Source: Cenococcum geophilum (Eukaryota). From it: 64,000 bases of DNA. Where the stretch lies: positions 7,006,001 to 7,070,000 of the forward strand of contig CP158636.1 in the NCBI GenBank assembly GCA_050273025.1, given 5' to 3'. The notes beneath the pieces are model-generated. The model did no database searches. It saw only the letters and a program-made list of their open reading frames with translations, and was not told the DNA's origin. The translations under genes and the position numbers were made by a program. Shown here in pieces: positions 53,129 through 64,000 of this stretch. The first letter of the stretch is position 1. Each line of letters opens with the position of its first letter.

Positions 53129-56100
53129 CTACCGAGCCGGTGTGTCTGGCACTTCCCAAATGTCCTTTTCATCCTCTTTTCTTGTCTCCAACCCTTTGTG
53201 TGCCTCCTCCCCGCCACCAGATGCTTGCTCGCTTTTCTGAACAGCAGGCTGCGCCAAAGACAAGCTGGCTTGATTTGGATTTGATGCGAAAGGAATCATT
53301 CCATTCGCTGTAAATACGGTCAGGTCCGCTCTCTGCTTCATGCCTGGTGACATAGGCCGCCCTGCTAGAGTAGAATCCGAATTGGGCGGCAACCATTGCA
53401 GCGATACTTGAGAGGGGGCAGGAGCCGTAGTTTGAGCCGGCTGTGAAGCATTCCCGCCAGCGTGAGGGTTGTAATGGATGAATTGCGGCAGAGAAGATGG
53501 CGGAGGTGGCGGAGGCGTATCGGGACGTGGAGGTGATGTGGTCATTGGTAATGGTTCGGCTACCGTCGTAAATTGAGATTTGGGAAGTTGGTCGGGCTCG
53601 ATCTTAAGCTGAGTCGCAGCTGTTGGAGAATACACGGAATCGATCAATGGTCGTGCCGCTGCAGGCGGAGAACTAGGTGGCGGGACAGCTGTCCGAATTG
53701 GCTGTATGGGCTGTGGTGGATGTAGTGGTGCTCCACTGGCCGTCTCTTGTACATTGGGAGCCTCGGGCTGGCTGGATGCCATCACAGATGCAATCGATGG
53801 TTGCCCTGCTGGAGCTTCGACGGGGGATGAAGACACTGCAGCGCTCTTGGTTTCTTTCGTAGCTGCCTTTCGTGCAGTCGTAGGCGCTTTCGCTGTTCGA
53901 GGAGCTGCGGCCTTTCTCGTAGATGTCTTGGCCGCAGCCTTCCTTTTCTCGGCTTCCAGAGCCTTTTGCCGCTCTCGTGCTTCATACTCTTCCCTTGGTG
54001 GTAGCTTCAGTGAGATTCTCTTCAGTCCAGATGCGAGTTGATCAACCTCGTTCTCTTTGTTCTGCGGCGCTTTATTCATAGATGTCGATGGCACCCGCGG
54101 AACTGGAGGCTCTTTCACTGGCGCTCGGGACTTTGTGGTCTCAACTTGTGCTTGAGGGGGAGCTCTTGCCTTCTTAATTTGCACCCCATTGACAGATGCA
54201 AGTGCCGGAGTAACGCTCGGTTTTCTTGATGGAACGACGCTTGATGCTCGACTTGTGCTGCGGTCACCGTTTACAGACCCAATGCTCGATGCTATACTCG
54301 TACGTCTCGAGGCAGGACGAGGAGCAGGAGGTTCGATGCTTGCCAACGGCAAATCTGCAATGGTTTTCCTACGACTGGATCCCGAGATTGGACGACCGGA
54401 GGAATTATCTTCCTCGGATTCCAAATCAGCATAAGAAGGTTTCGCCTTTCTACCCCTCAGCTGCCTGCCGGACGGTTCAACAGCTGACGTGGTAGGAGCT
54501 ATTGACTGCCTCTCCTTCTTTACCCGCGGTTCGGACAATTCTTCCGAGGTGCAGCTCCTAGTCTGACGCTCGGTAGGTATCAATAGTTTGCTTAGTTCAA
54601 AAGTCGCAGTTGCCCAGTCAACTTCCGGTGGTGGGGGTGTGGGCGCTCGAGATGGGCTCGTCGACATTAATCTGCCTGCTCCAGACACGCTCCGACGAAC
54701 TCTTGCTGGATCGACAATCTTTGCAGAGAATGATTGTGTTGGAGAGTAGTAGGTCGGTGGAGCTGCAGTTCGGGGTTTCTTGGGTACCACCACTGGAGGT
54801 GGATTCACGAGGATCTCCAGCTCTGCAAGGCGAGATTCGTGCCACCATTCAGGATTGTACTTTATCGATGTAGTCGGATTTGACGTATTTCCATCTTTCA
54901 GATTGAGAGCGCTGATTCGCTGTCCCATCTCGTAGCCTAAGCCGTTGTCTGGTGTTGCATATGGAACAGACAGGGGTTGACCTTCGCAGAGCCCACTTAG
55001 ATGGCTGAGAACTCCACTCGTCAATGCCTGATCACTGTATCCACCTTCAAGGATGGAAATCACTCGTCCATCCACACCAGTCCCTTCTTCTTGCGCCAGG
55101 CGGACTACATCCGAAGTAAAGCGAGCGTAGAATTCTGTCGGAACATTGACTTTGTGCCTCTGCATTCCCTGACTCTCCCATTCGCTAGCATCAAAGCCTG
55201 CGGACAAGAATATCGCAGCTTTGGGAGCTGGCTGATTTGGCGAAGTCCGTAATCGTATAGTATGGTGCTTGAGGTATGCACGAGCCTTCTCAATCAAGAC
55301 AAGGTAGCGACTCTCATAGAGTTCCCAGAACTCTGTTTCTGTCTTCCAAGGCTGCAGATGAACGTTCCAGATCGATTGGCCATGAGCGTTCTCGATGCAC
55401 AAGCTAGCATTGCGCACTTTCTCGTCATCTCCCCATTCGCAGGGATATGAATTGATGTCGTGCAGACTGAAATATCCGATGGATGTCTTCTTCGAGTTTG
55501 GAGTATTCTTCGGCATCTTAGCAACTTTAGAGTTGTGAGCCCATGTTATGGATTGTGATCCATCCCCATGATGGAGATCAAAATCGATGATGGCAGCGTG
55601 GGTCAACCCGTGTGCCATAGCAGCATGTTCAATACCTACGTGAACATTGTTTATCCAGCAGAATCCAGAAGGAAAGTCGGCAGAGCAATGGTGACCCGGT
55701 GGTCGGATACAGACGAAAGCGCGAGATGGTCCAGTCGGCGTCTTAGTGCCTTGAAATACCGCATCCACAGCGTCAAGTACGCCACCTAATGCTCCTTGGA
55801 ACGCGTTCAGAGACTCTGGGCAGAGATACAAGTCACCCTCATGGAGCTTCTCCTTCGCCGGTTGGCTGGTCTGGTTGTGGCCCCCTGTCCTGCTCAGCTC
55901 TTTCCCAGTTGTCGCCAACTTCCTCTCGGCGGAATCGCACATTGTCTTCAGCTCCTCCATCCATTTCATACCATGTACATTAGAAACCACGGACGAAGTG
56001 ATGTTAACAGCGCGCGATGTCTTACGAATTTTGAAGGGAATATTCTCGTTGGGACTTCGCCGAGGATGTGGCGGATTTCCTCCTTCCGCATGTCTTTCTC

Positions 56101-56779
56101 CCAGTCGCACGTAGGCCGCTGATACTCCCAATACACCGGCGAGGATGCGCTCCGGTCGCTCTACAATCATGTTGAGGGTGCTTTTACTGGTCCTGGGTCT
56201 TGAATATCGATGTCCATAGCATTGATCGTGTATAATAACTATCGTGCCCGCCGCCTTTGGGGTTTCCGATACAGCATCATGCAACGCTAGCTCTTTCTTG
56301 AAATGTTCTGCTGCTATATCCGCAGCTTTTAGGGGTTCTTTTTCCTTCTCCTCGATCGGAGCGTGGAGTGGCGACTTCAATGTATTAGGAGATGCTTGGG
56401 TCGGATTGAACGAGGAGCGTCGCGATAAAGGCCTTCGAGGAGTTGCGGGGGATTCGCCAGCTCGCAGCGATGAAGTCGAGGCCTTCCTAACAAGCGCAGG
56501 CGAAGACGATCTGTGGTAGAGGCTCATGGTGCTCGAGCTGCGCCGGAGCGGGCTAGGGGGTGGTTTCTGAGCGCCGGGCGACCTTTCAAAGCGCTGTTGA
56601 TCTGTAACGCGGCGGGGCGAATTCGGGCCCGGAGATGGAGGTAAGGGCGTGTTGGAGGCAGTATTTAAGGACAGGCGCTTCAATGAGTTCGAGAGCAAGG
56701 TTGAGCTGTTGTTTGTTGACGGTCGCGAGGATTGAGGTGCTTGGTTCGCTGCACCCTCAGGATGCTGGGCATCTTGCAT
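53129..56779 (-). CDS. HOS3: Histone deacetylase, HOS3/HosB type, ~1216 aa, single exon
   Basis: IVERPERILAGVLG, GDLYLCPESL, IRPPGHHCS, GFCWINNVHVG, IIDFDLHHGDGSQ, SLHDINSYPCE, LSAGFDASEWE and ILEGGYSD, followed by a long low-complexity C-terminus. The start is taken at MQDAQH (56779). Confidence 0.93.
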   Translation of the reverse strand: MQDAQHPEGAANQAPQSSRPSTNNSSTLLSNSLKRLSLNTASNTPLPPSPGPNSPRRVTDQQRFERSPGAQKPPPSPLRRSSSTMSLYHRSSSPALVRKASTSSLRAGESPATPRRPLSRRSSFNPTQASPNTLKSPLHAPIEEKEKEPLKAADIAAEHFKKELALHDAVSETPKAAGTIVIIHDQCYGHRYSRPRTSKSTLNMIVERPERILAGVLGVSAAYVRLGERHAEGGNPPHPRRSPNENIPFKIRKTSRAVNITSSVVSNVHGMKWMEELKTMCDSAERKLATTGKELSRTGGHNQTSQPAKEKLHEGDLYLCPESLNAFQGALGGVLDAVDAVFQGTKTPTGPSRAFVCIRPPGHHCSADFPSGFCWINNVHVGIEHAAMAHGLTHAAIIDFDLHHGDGSQSITWAHNSKVAKMPKNTPNSKKTSIGYFSLHDINSYPCEWGDDEKVRNASLCIENAHGQSIWNVHLQPWKTETEFWELYESRYLVLIEKARAYLKHHTIRLRTSPNQPAPKAAIFLSAGFDASEWESQGMQRHKVNVPTEFYARFTSDVVRLAQEEGTGVDGRVISILEGGYSDQALTSGVLSHLSGLCEGQPLSVPYATPDNGLGYEMGQRISALNLKDGNTSNPTTSIKYNPEWWHESRLAELEILVNPPPVVVPKKPRTAAPPTYYSPTQSFSAKIVDPARVRRSVSGAGRLMSTSPSRAPTPPPPEVDWATATFELSKLLIPTERQTRSCTSEELSEPRVKKERQSIAPTTSAVEPSGRQLRGRKAKPSYADLESEEDNSSGRPISGSSRRKTIADLPLASIEPPAPRPASRRTSIASSIGSVNGDRSTSRASSVVPSRKPSVTPALASVNGVQIKKARAPPQAQVETTKSRAPVKEPPVPRVPSTSMNKAPQNKENEVDQLASGLKRISLKLPPREEYEARERQKALEAEKRKAAAKTSTRKAAAPRTAKAPTTARKAATKETKSAAVSSSPVEAPAGQPSIASVMASSQPEAPNVQETASGAPLHPPQPIQPIRTAVPPPSSPPAAARPLIDSVYSPTAATQLKIEPDQLPKSQFTTVAEPLPMTTSPPRPDTPPPPPPSSLPQFIHYNPHAGGNASQPAQTTAPAPSQVSLQWLPPNSDSTLAGRPMSPGMKQRADLTVFTANGMIPFASNPNQASLSLAQPAVQKSEQASGGGEEAHKGLETRKEDEKDIWEVPDTPAR

Positions 56780-57227
56780 TGTTGCGGATAAACAGCCGCA
56801 GTGCAGGCGTGGTGAATGGCTGAGTGAAATGGGTTTCAGGCTGATTTTCAGCGCATGAGTGAATTGTTTCTGCGATGACGATGCGCGTTTGTTTAGCAGG
56901 CAACCCTGCCCTGATTCAAGCTTGCTGCTGAAGCGAGCTGCCCCCTCGCATCCATGCATGCACGCCCCTTTTAGTAGAATCCATAAGGCTGACTATAGTC
57001 TTCAGAACGAATAAAGTTTTCAACAACTCTATGCCCATTATGAAGGGTTTTAAGCCATCCTTCGACACAACCGATTTCTCTTTAACACCACTTGATGGGC
57101 TACTCATCAAGGAACGCGTGACTCCCTGAGACACTCAAATGCTAACACAGAGAGCCAACCAGCCCTTCCAAGAGATGCCCCTTGCTAACCATCATCATGG
57201 CAAAGCTACTCAGACTCAAATACTTGC

Positions 57228-58876
57228 TCAATCAACAAGTAAATCAACGCCTACACCTCTCAATGCTGTTACGGCCCATTCTGGAAACTCTCTTCGGTCA
57301 TCATATAGTTTTCCGAAGAACTCCTTCAGAAACGTTGGATACCTGTCTTCCATTATAGCTTTCCGCGCTCCCTTCATCAAATTGAGAAGATAATGCACAT
57401 TGTGCATAGTCAGGAGATGTGCCCCCGCAGTTTCTTTAGCTGCTACATGATATATGTAGGCTCGAGTAATGCCTAAGCCCCCTTCCTCCTTTGGCCGGCA
57501 GCATATGCACCCACAACCATCTTCAACAGGGGAGAAGTCCTGTGAGAACGACGCATGTCGGAGATTTAAAGTCCCTGTAGAGGTAACTGCGTTGCCAAAA
57601 CGCTGTGTCTCATGTTAAGTACTACCGTTGCGTTGACACGTGATGGGCTTACCGCTGTCCTTGTTGGCCAGACACAGTCAAACATATCTGCACCCAGCGC
57701 AATAGATACTACTAAGTCTTCAGGATAACCCTTTGCAAATTAGTAGGGCCTAGAAGACTTAGTGGAGATACATACAACTCCCATTACATATCTCGGCTTC
57801 TTTTCTGGCAGCAGACCAGTGCAGGTATCCACTCTAATTCGTGCCATTAGTGATTTCTTCAGTGTAGAAATAGTAAATACATACACTCTACAATACGCTT
57901 CCTTAGCTTCACCCCCAGACAGCCCACCAATTGCAATGCCTGGAGTATTTCGTGCAACCATTTCTTTTGTGCATTGTCTCCGCAAGTCCAGATCAAGTCC
58001 TCCCTGGATGATGCAAAAAAGATTCTGCCTCTCCGGATACTTATGGGCCACAATGCAACGATCTAACCACCGTACAGACCGTTCCATCGCTTCCGTCATC
58101 CGAGCCAGGTCTGGAGATGTGGTTACAATAACGTCGTCTAGCTGCATAATTATATCCGATCCAATTGAATTCTGAAGAGATATGGAGTGTTCAGGGGTGA
58201 GGAGCCTAATCATTACATTAGATAAACCATGTTGGAGAAGTTGCGGGGTGTGAGAAATACATGGGCGTGCCGTCATGAGGGCTGAAGAAGCGCACTCCTT
58301 CTTCCGTAATCTTCGCAAGCTTCAGAAGGGAAACCATTTGAAAACTGACATCGGTGTCAGCTACAATGGTTTCGGTTACGAAGTTAGACGGGTCACCGAC
58401 CCACCACTATCTGCAAACATCAGCTTGTAGCCCAACCAGAACCCTCAAGCAATAAAGCAAGCACCTGTAAGTATATTGTGCGGCCATGATTGAAACTTAT
58501 GCGCTCCTCCTATCGCATCAAGTGTAGCTTGTCCAGGTTTCAACCCTCTTAGATCTAGTCAGACTCTCGAGCTTAAAGCCGTACTTCACAGGGTTATCCC
58601 ACAGATGGTATGTGTTATTAAGGCATAGCCTGCAGCCCGTTTCCTCCAACTGTTCAGGCGTAAGACCTTTCAGCGAAGCTTGCGTTGCTACGGGCATAAA
58701 TATTGGCAAAGGGACCGGACCATGAGGAAGGAGCAGCGTCGCAGCTCGAGCTTTTGTGACCTGTTAGGACATATGAGCTAAGATCATCTAATATTCTAGG
58801 AAATAGAGATATTACTTACGGAGCATTTCGCTATCAGTTCGAATGTCAGGGCTGAGGGCATAGGAACTGGTGCCAT
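57228..58876 (-). CDS. QTRT1: Queuine tRNA-ribosyltransferase catalytic subunit, multi-exon
   Basis: [97 protein letters not shown] and the CGCICC...[11 protein letters not shown]n site. Confidence 0.93.
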
Positions 58877-59990
58877 GTTGCGTGATCTGAATTGAGGGTA
58901 GCAAGCTATCGACCAAGAAAGTTCAGACGTTTCGTTTGGTCAAATTTTAAGCACCGAGAGAACCCCGCATAATTGTCAGAAGAGTACTCAATCAATCGCA
59001 CTTCACGAATGAATAGTGGTCTCGCATATAACATGTTAACATACTGTTAAGAGTATTTTCACGTCATAAAGCTCAAATTTTCCAAATTCGTGCTGAGTGC
59101 ACGGATCACCACCTCACGCAGCCCCCAAGAGTTAAACCCGAAACTTAATATACCCCCACACAATCAAATCAAGTTTGGATTTTGGTCCACAATCTTCAAA
59201 ACACCTGAATCCCCAATAATGACCAATCTGCCCACTCAGGCGGTCGATGCTCTTGAACTACCTGCTTTAGACTCTCTACCATGTCTCCCTTCAAATTTAG
59301 ATTGACTCTTTCCTATTTACAACATATCTCACCTAGAATCCGGATTTCTATGAGTTTCGGGAATGAGTGCAGTAATCACAGCTTTAGATCTTGTGATCTC
59401 ATCGCGAGCTAATATACGCGCTGGCTGTAAAGATGGGGAGGAAGTAAGAGTCCCGAAGGATGTCTAGCGCGCTTCGCCAGGGAGTTCCACGCGCGAGAGG
59501 TGATAGTAAAGGATCTTAGCTTCGGCGGTGATCTAGTGGTATTCGAGGAGGAAGTAGTGTAGTGATTGCTATCATCCACACTTCTTCTTGTGCTTTGCCA
59601 TTGGAGGTTGTAGGTTTTTCGGATTTTTCGAAGGCGTGGGAGAGGATTATTCGGCGGAGCTCGGGGGGGGGGGATAGTAAGAAGGTGCAGAGGTGGTAGT
59701 CGTTATGTTCGACATTACAGAGCTTCCAGGAAGGCTGCGTGATCCCATAAGCCGAAGAAGGGGCTAAGACTAACCGAAGAGCGGCAGCTTTAGTCCTGAA
59801 AGGTGAGTTTGTCGCGGTATCTGTCACCAAGAGGGAGAGCGATACCTAGATATGTATGTATTTTTGAGTTCCTTGGGCAGGCTGCCCGCGTTTATTCAAC
59901 AAATCCATCAACCTCTCCGTGATGTACGCTTGTTAGAAGGCCGGACTGAAGGGACCCTGCTGACCAGTGACCACCTATCGTATGTGGCTC

Positions 59991-61658
59991 TTATACAGCA
60001 TCTTTTAACACCTTCAACGGATCTACCACCTGCTCCAACAATCCCCTATGTATTCTCTGTTGCCTCTCTAGGTCTGTAAGGCCTGTTGTGCTCGCTGCAT
60101 CGCTGTCCTTATCAAAGTTCAAAGTCAGACATTTGCGGACTGCATCAGCAAATACGTCGCCACACCGATGTGCTAGTCTTTCATCTGTGTGTCGCAGAAG
60201 GTATTGGCTGACTTGCTCTGGAAGTCTCTGTTCGGCCTTTAGGCCAGATATCATGTCTTCGGCTCTCTCCCAAAGGCCAATTTCGAGGAGGATTACGCCG
60301 AGTGAGTAAACATCGTGAACCTGTGTAAATATCTCTCGTGGAGTCCCCCATCTGTTCGGATGCCTATACAAATTCTTGGCGAGTTCGTTGTCGTAAGGCC
60401 CGAGCGAGCTATCAGCTGAAGGTCTCGAAGCCTCGAAGCCACAGATCCGAAGCTCTGCCCGTAGTAAAGCTGCCCTATCCAAATCGTCATTAGAGAAGAT
60501 GAGGAGAACATTATCGCTGCGTAGGGCTCGATGCACCCAGTTCACGGAATGCAGCAAAAATAGCGACTCTGCGAGTTGATGGCACATATGGAAACGAAGT
60601 CCCAATGATGACCTTTGATCAGATTTGATGCCACGGTAGAGGCTAGCAAGCGTTCGTACTGTTGATGTAGCACTTGAATCTGAGATGTACGAAATGAGGC
60701 GAATTTGACCTGAAGTCTCAGATATTTGACTGCAGTATCTGAGGCAGCGCAACACTCGGAAGTCGGAATCCCTCTGGCTGCTCAAAAGTCTCACAGTCCT
60801 GGAGAATCTCTCCTCGAAAACGTCTGAGAGGTTGCCGTCTTTGTCCAGCGGGAACATAAAAGTTTCAACCAGCACAGTACAGTCTTCGAATATACCGACC
60901 ATTTTACCAGACACAAGCGTCTTGGTGTCTTTGACGGAATCCCACGACGTGTTGAGATCTGCTGGCAGGTTCGTCTTGTCAATCACAAGTTTTCGTAGAG
61001 CAGCTGACGCCGCCAAACCTGCAGTGCGAGCATCAGAGTCAGACTGCAATGTGTCCAGGTTGGCCAAGACGTTGAATGCAGGCAGTGGCCACCATGTATC
61101 TTCGAGAATGGCTTTCGTGCGCTTTAACCAGTCTTCAAATTCAGTATTTATTCGAACGGCTTTTCTTTTCCCTCGGATTGCCCAGGACCATCCTGTAGCA
61201 GACATCAAGTGTGATGTCTTGTGAGTTTCGAGGTCGTTTCCTGCCGTGGTGCCCTGGAATACGATTTTCTCCTCATCTGAAGTTAAACCAAGGTGTTTTG
61301 CAAAGCCCGATTTTGACTGAGAAGGATCAGAAGACGTGGCATACTTCTGCTCTAAGGCAAAATGAGCGTATAGTAGTCGCAGAAGCTCTAGCATAAGTTG
61401 AACAACAATCTCCTGGCTGTGATCTGGCAGCACCTCAAAGAGCCTTTTCCCCTGGAGGAATGGAAATTTCTTAGCTTCGAAGAGTATCTTTTGGAGGGAG
61501 TCGTAGCGATGAGAGTTTTGCCGAAATTTGAGGCCAAATTTTGTTGCATCGGTGCCATAGTGCCTAACATCGCTCACAATGGTGTGGCCAACCTTCATGA
61601 CTTTGGCAGTCACTTCGGCGATCTGAATAGCCGCCACCGTGGCCTGGAAACTAGCCAT
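59991..61658 (-). CDS. HeLo-like (prion-inhibition-type) N-terminal domain plus protein pseudokinase domain, 555 aa
   Basis: Hydrophobic N-terminal helix and helical domain ending in WSWAIRGKRK..RI..EFEDW (HeLo-like). The kinase fold has VLVE in place of VAIK, WVHRALRSDNVL in place of HRDLK..N and ICGFE in place of DFG, and retains LYRHP, HDVYSLGVILLEIG and AVRKCL. Confidence 0.85.
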   Translation of the reverse strand: MASFQATVAAIQIAEVTAKVMKVGHTIVSDVRHYGTDATKFGLKFRQNSHRYDSLQKILFEAKKFPFLQGKRLFEVLPDHSQEIVVQLMLELLRLLYAHFALEQKYATSSDPSQSKSGFAKHLGLTSDEEKIVFQGTTAGNDLETHKTSHLMSATGWSWAIRGKRKAVRINTEFEDWLKRTKAILEDTWWPLPAFNVLANLDTLQSDSDARTAGLAASAALRKLVIDKTNLPADLNTSWDSVKDTKTLVSGKMVGIFEDCTVLVETFMFPLDKDGNLSDVFEERFSRTVRLLSSQRDSDFRVLRCLRYCSQISETSGQIRLISYISDSSATSTVRTLASLYRGIKSDQRSSLGLRFHMCHQLAESLFLLHSVNWVHRALRSDNVLLIFSNDDLDRAALLRAELRICGFEASRPSADSSLGPYDNELAKNLYRHPNRWGTPREIFTQVHDVYSLGVILLEIGLWERAEDMISGLKAEQRLPEQVSQYLLRHTDERLAHRCGDVFADAVRKCLTLNFDKDSDAASTTGLTDLERQQRIHRGLLEQVVDPLKVLKDAV

Positions 61659-61963
61659 TGAGCTAGACTTGCGGTGGTTAACGATAATAATTATGAAGAG
61701 TGTTTGCAGATAACTTTCTATGAATCCCTTCTCAATTTATCATCGAAAGTATGTGTGGAGAGCATCAAATTACTCGCGGGGCTGGCATTCAGGCAACAAC
61801 TCGGGTATTGCGGGGAATGTGACCACGCCGAAAGCGAAATTCCATCCCGCTCAAAATGTCTCCGTATCCGCGGTCAGTGCCTAGTTGCGCACAAGATGGT
61901 CCATCGAGCAACATCTGCTGGCATAATCAGGCTTGAACGTTGGCCTTGGCAATCATCCTCACC

Positions 61964-64000
61964 ATGAGCGTTGTATCCCAGATCTCATTAATGCCAGGCC
62001 TTGATAGCCTCGCATCTGCTGTCAGTAACTTTGGCATCGGCACATCCTCAGGCGGACCTGCCCAGAGTCCTGCTCCATCGGTGCCACTGTTCGACTTCCT
62101 TCGGGTCGCTTCTGCGTCCGGCTTGCGACAATTTACCCGGGATATCGCTGAGGAGGGACTAGTAGGCGCAAGGCTCGGTGATGGCGCCGACTATGTTGTG
62201 GACGAAGTAAGGAGTCCAGACGGAGACATTGTCGTTGTCAAGCATGTCAAAGCTACCCTCCTGCTAGACGGTACTGCGGGAGGATCTGATAATGAGGACA
62301 GCTCCCGAATACGTAAGGTGTTGCACGAGATTAAGATTGCCACCCACCCAGCGCTCAAAGGGAATGCGAATATCTTGCAAATGAAAGGATTCGGGTGGGA
62401 GCTGGCCGAAGGCAGTCTGACCACGCCCTTCCTTGTGGTGGAATATGCTGAACATGGCACTCTACGGAACTACCTGCAAAAGAGCCCTCGTGTTGTTAGC
62501 ATACAGACAAAGCTCAGCCTTGCTTTTGATGCGGCAGGAGCTCTTCAAGCTCTGCATACCCATCGCATTGCTCATGGGGATTTGAAGCTGGAAAATGCCC
62601 TGGTATCGACCGCTCCTGGGGACCCAACCTTGAAGATCACCGATTTTGGACTGTCGGTGGTGCTATATGACGATGAGAAGTCATATGAGTATTGGGGCAC
62701 TCAGCGGTATCGACCACCGGAGGTATATCAACAAACTGGTGATTCTCCGACCGCAGGATTCATAGCTGGATCTAGGTACCGAGCTTGCGACATTTATACG
62801 TACGGACTCTTACTCCTAGAAATTTTGATTGACGGTGAACGATACTTGGAGCATGTTGGCGAACAGGGCCAGATTGAGGAGCAATCTGAAGCCCTGCGGT
62901 GTCTCTCAGGCGTGATCGACGTAGATGATGTTGCCCTCCCTACACTCAGGAGTATAGTGGAAAGATGCCTGCATATCGAAGCGGAAGCTCGGCCTCGAAT
63001 TGAAGAGATCATTTTTCAACTTGAAGATAGCAACCAGTCAGTCAGATGCACACTAATTCATGAAATTAGGTTGAACTAACAAGCTACTTAGACATAAAGA
63101 AGTTGGAGAAGTAGGAGACGTAGAAGATATCGCCCCGCTGACTCTTTCGGAGCTAGCGTCCAGCGACGATACTAGCAGCGCTGTCAACCTGAATCAGGTA
63201 GGGAGTCTTCGTACTTGCGATGCCCACTGACGACACACCTTCAGATTTTCGCCAGCCTGGTCGGCTACGAGCTCGAAAAAGAGTCAGCACATTTAGCACC
63301 TTGGAAAGTACGGGAATTGATAGCCAAGGGTTTTCATCAGCGAACGAGTCATCATAATTTCGAAATAGCTTCTCGAGCCTGCTTGGAGCTCGGGATATGT
63401 CATTTTTTGGGCTTTGGTGTTGAAAGGGACGAGAAGAAAGTGCTCCAGTATATCGACCAAGCAGCGGCTAGAGGGTGTTTTGAGGCTCGTAGGATACGTC
63501 ATCGGCTGTATGAAGCCTTTTCAGAGACGATGGAGTCGCTTGACATACTAGTTGAGGTCGATGACCAAGAAGAACGACAACTTCAACATTTGTTGACGGC
63601 TGAATTGCAGAGTGCGGACGTCAATCCTTTCCAAGTATTCGACGAGGTAGCTCAGGAAGACTTTCAATCCCAAATGGGTGATAGCAACCTCACTCTTCAT
63701 CAAGCAGCCTATATTGGAGATATAGCCCGGATTCGGGAGCTTCTAAGAGATGGGAGAGATTTTCAAGATGACCAGGGTCGTACCGCACTGTTTCTTGCCG
63801 TTCAAGGCCGCCACTTGGATGCGATGAAGGTGCTTCTCGAATTCGGCAGCAGCAATCCTAGCCTTCCGGATGAGCATGGTCACACCGCACCTCACATGCT
63901 GATTATGCCAAGTAGCTTGGAAGTCGAAGCTGCTCTATCGCTGATGCTACAATTCTCTCCGGGATTGGACCTGGATGTGTTCTCATCGTCTGTTCTCGAC
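61964..64000 (+). CDS. Protein kinase plus Sel1-like repeat plus ankyrin repeats; introns 63037-63091 and 63198-63244; runs off the window end
   Basis: LGDGADYVV, VVVKHVK, VLHEIKI, HGDLKLENALV, ITDFGLS, GTQRYRPPE and CDIYTYGLLLLE. After splicing it reads ACLELGICHFLGFGVERDEKKVLQYIDQAAARG (Sel1), then LHQAAYIGD..RIRELL, DDQGRTALFLAVQGRHLDAMKVLLEFG and DEHGHTAPHM (ANK). Confidence 0.9.

Noticed and set aside
52371..53217. Several 100-180-aa ORFs between the DUF1774-like gene and HOS3
   Set aside because: No recognisable motifs; they overlap promoter/3' UTR sequence.
56780..56959. 60-aa N-terminal extension of the HDAC ORF
   Set aside because: It does not look conserved; MQDAQH at 56779 is the more plausible start. 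Not proven without transcripts.
59516..59830. ORF with an F-box-like fragment (TFLLSPPPELRRIILSHAF)
   Set aside because: Short, non-ATG start and no supporting downstream domain; at most a degenerate remnant.

Overview
Genomic DNA of a filamentous ascomycete (Pezizomycotina, inferred from short GT-AG introns, fungal gene families and strong RIP-type C->T/G->A mutation). Bases 1-~7870 and ~12030-42510 are AT-rich blocks of nested, RIP-mutated transposons: Copia, four or more Gypsy elements, a LINE, a piggyBac-like element, solo LTRs, two head-to-tail Cryptons and a DUF3435 ('Starship captain'-type) tyrosine recombinase gene. After removing nested insertions, that gene appears to define a ~5.8 kb element carrying one BTB/POZ cargo pseudogene. 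Between the two TE blocks lies a GC-normal island with a pseudogene and an intact NACHT (NLR-like) gene. Bases 42800-58900 are gene-dense: AN1 zinc finger, HET-domain pseudogene, AP-2 beta adaptin, EMC4, a DUF1774-like membrane protein, HOS3-type HDAC and queuine tRNA-ribosyltransferase. The most striking feature is at the right end: a head-to-head pair 305 bp apart, a HeLo-like domain plus pseudokinase (MLKL-like architecture) and an intact kinase with Sel1 and ankyrin repeats. This is a candidate necroptosis-like fungal cell-death module. All calls come from manual translation and motif recognition; no database searches were run.
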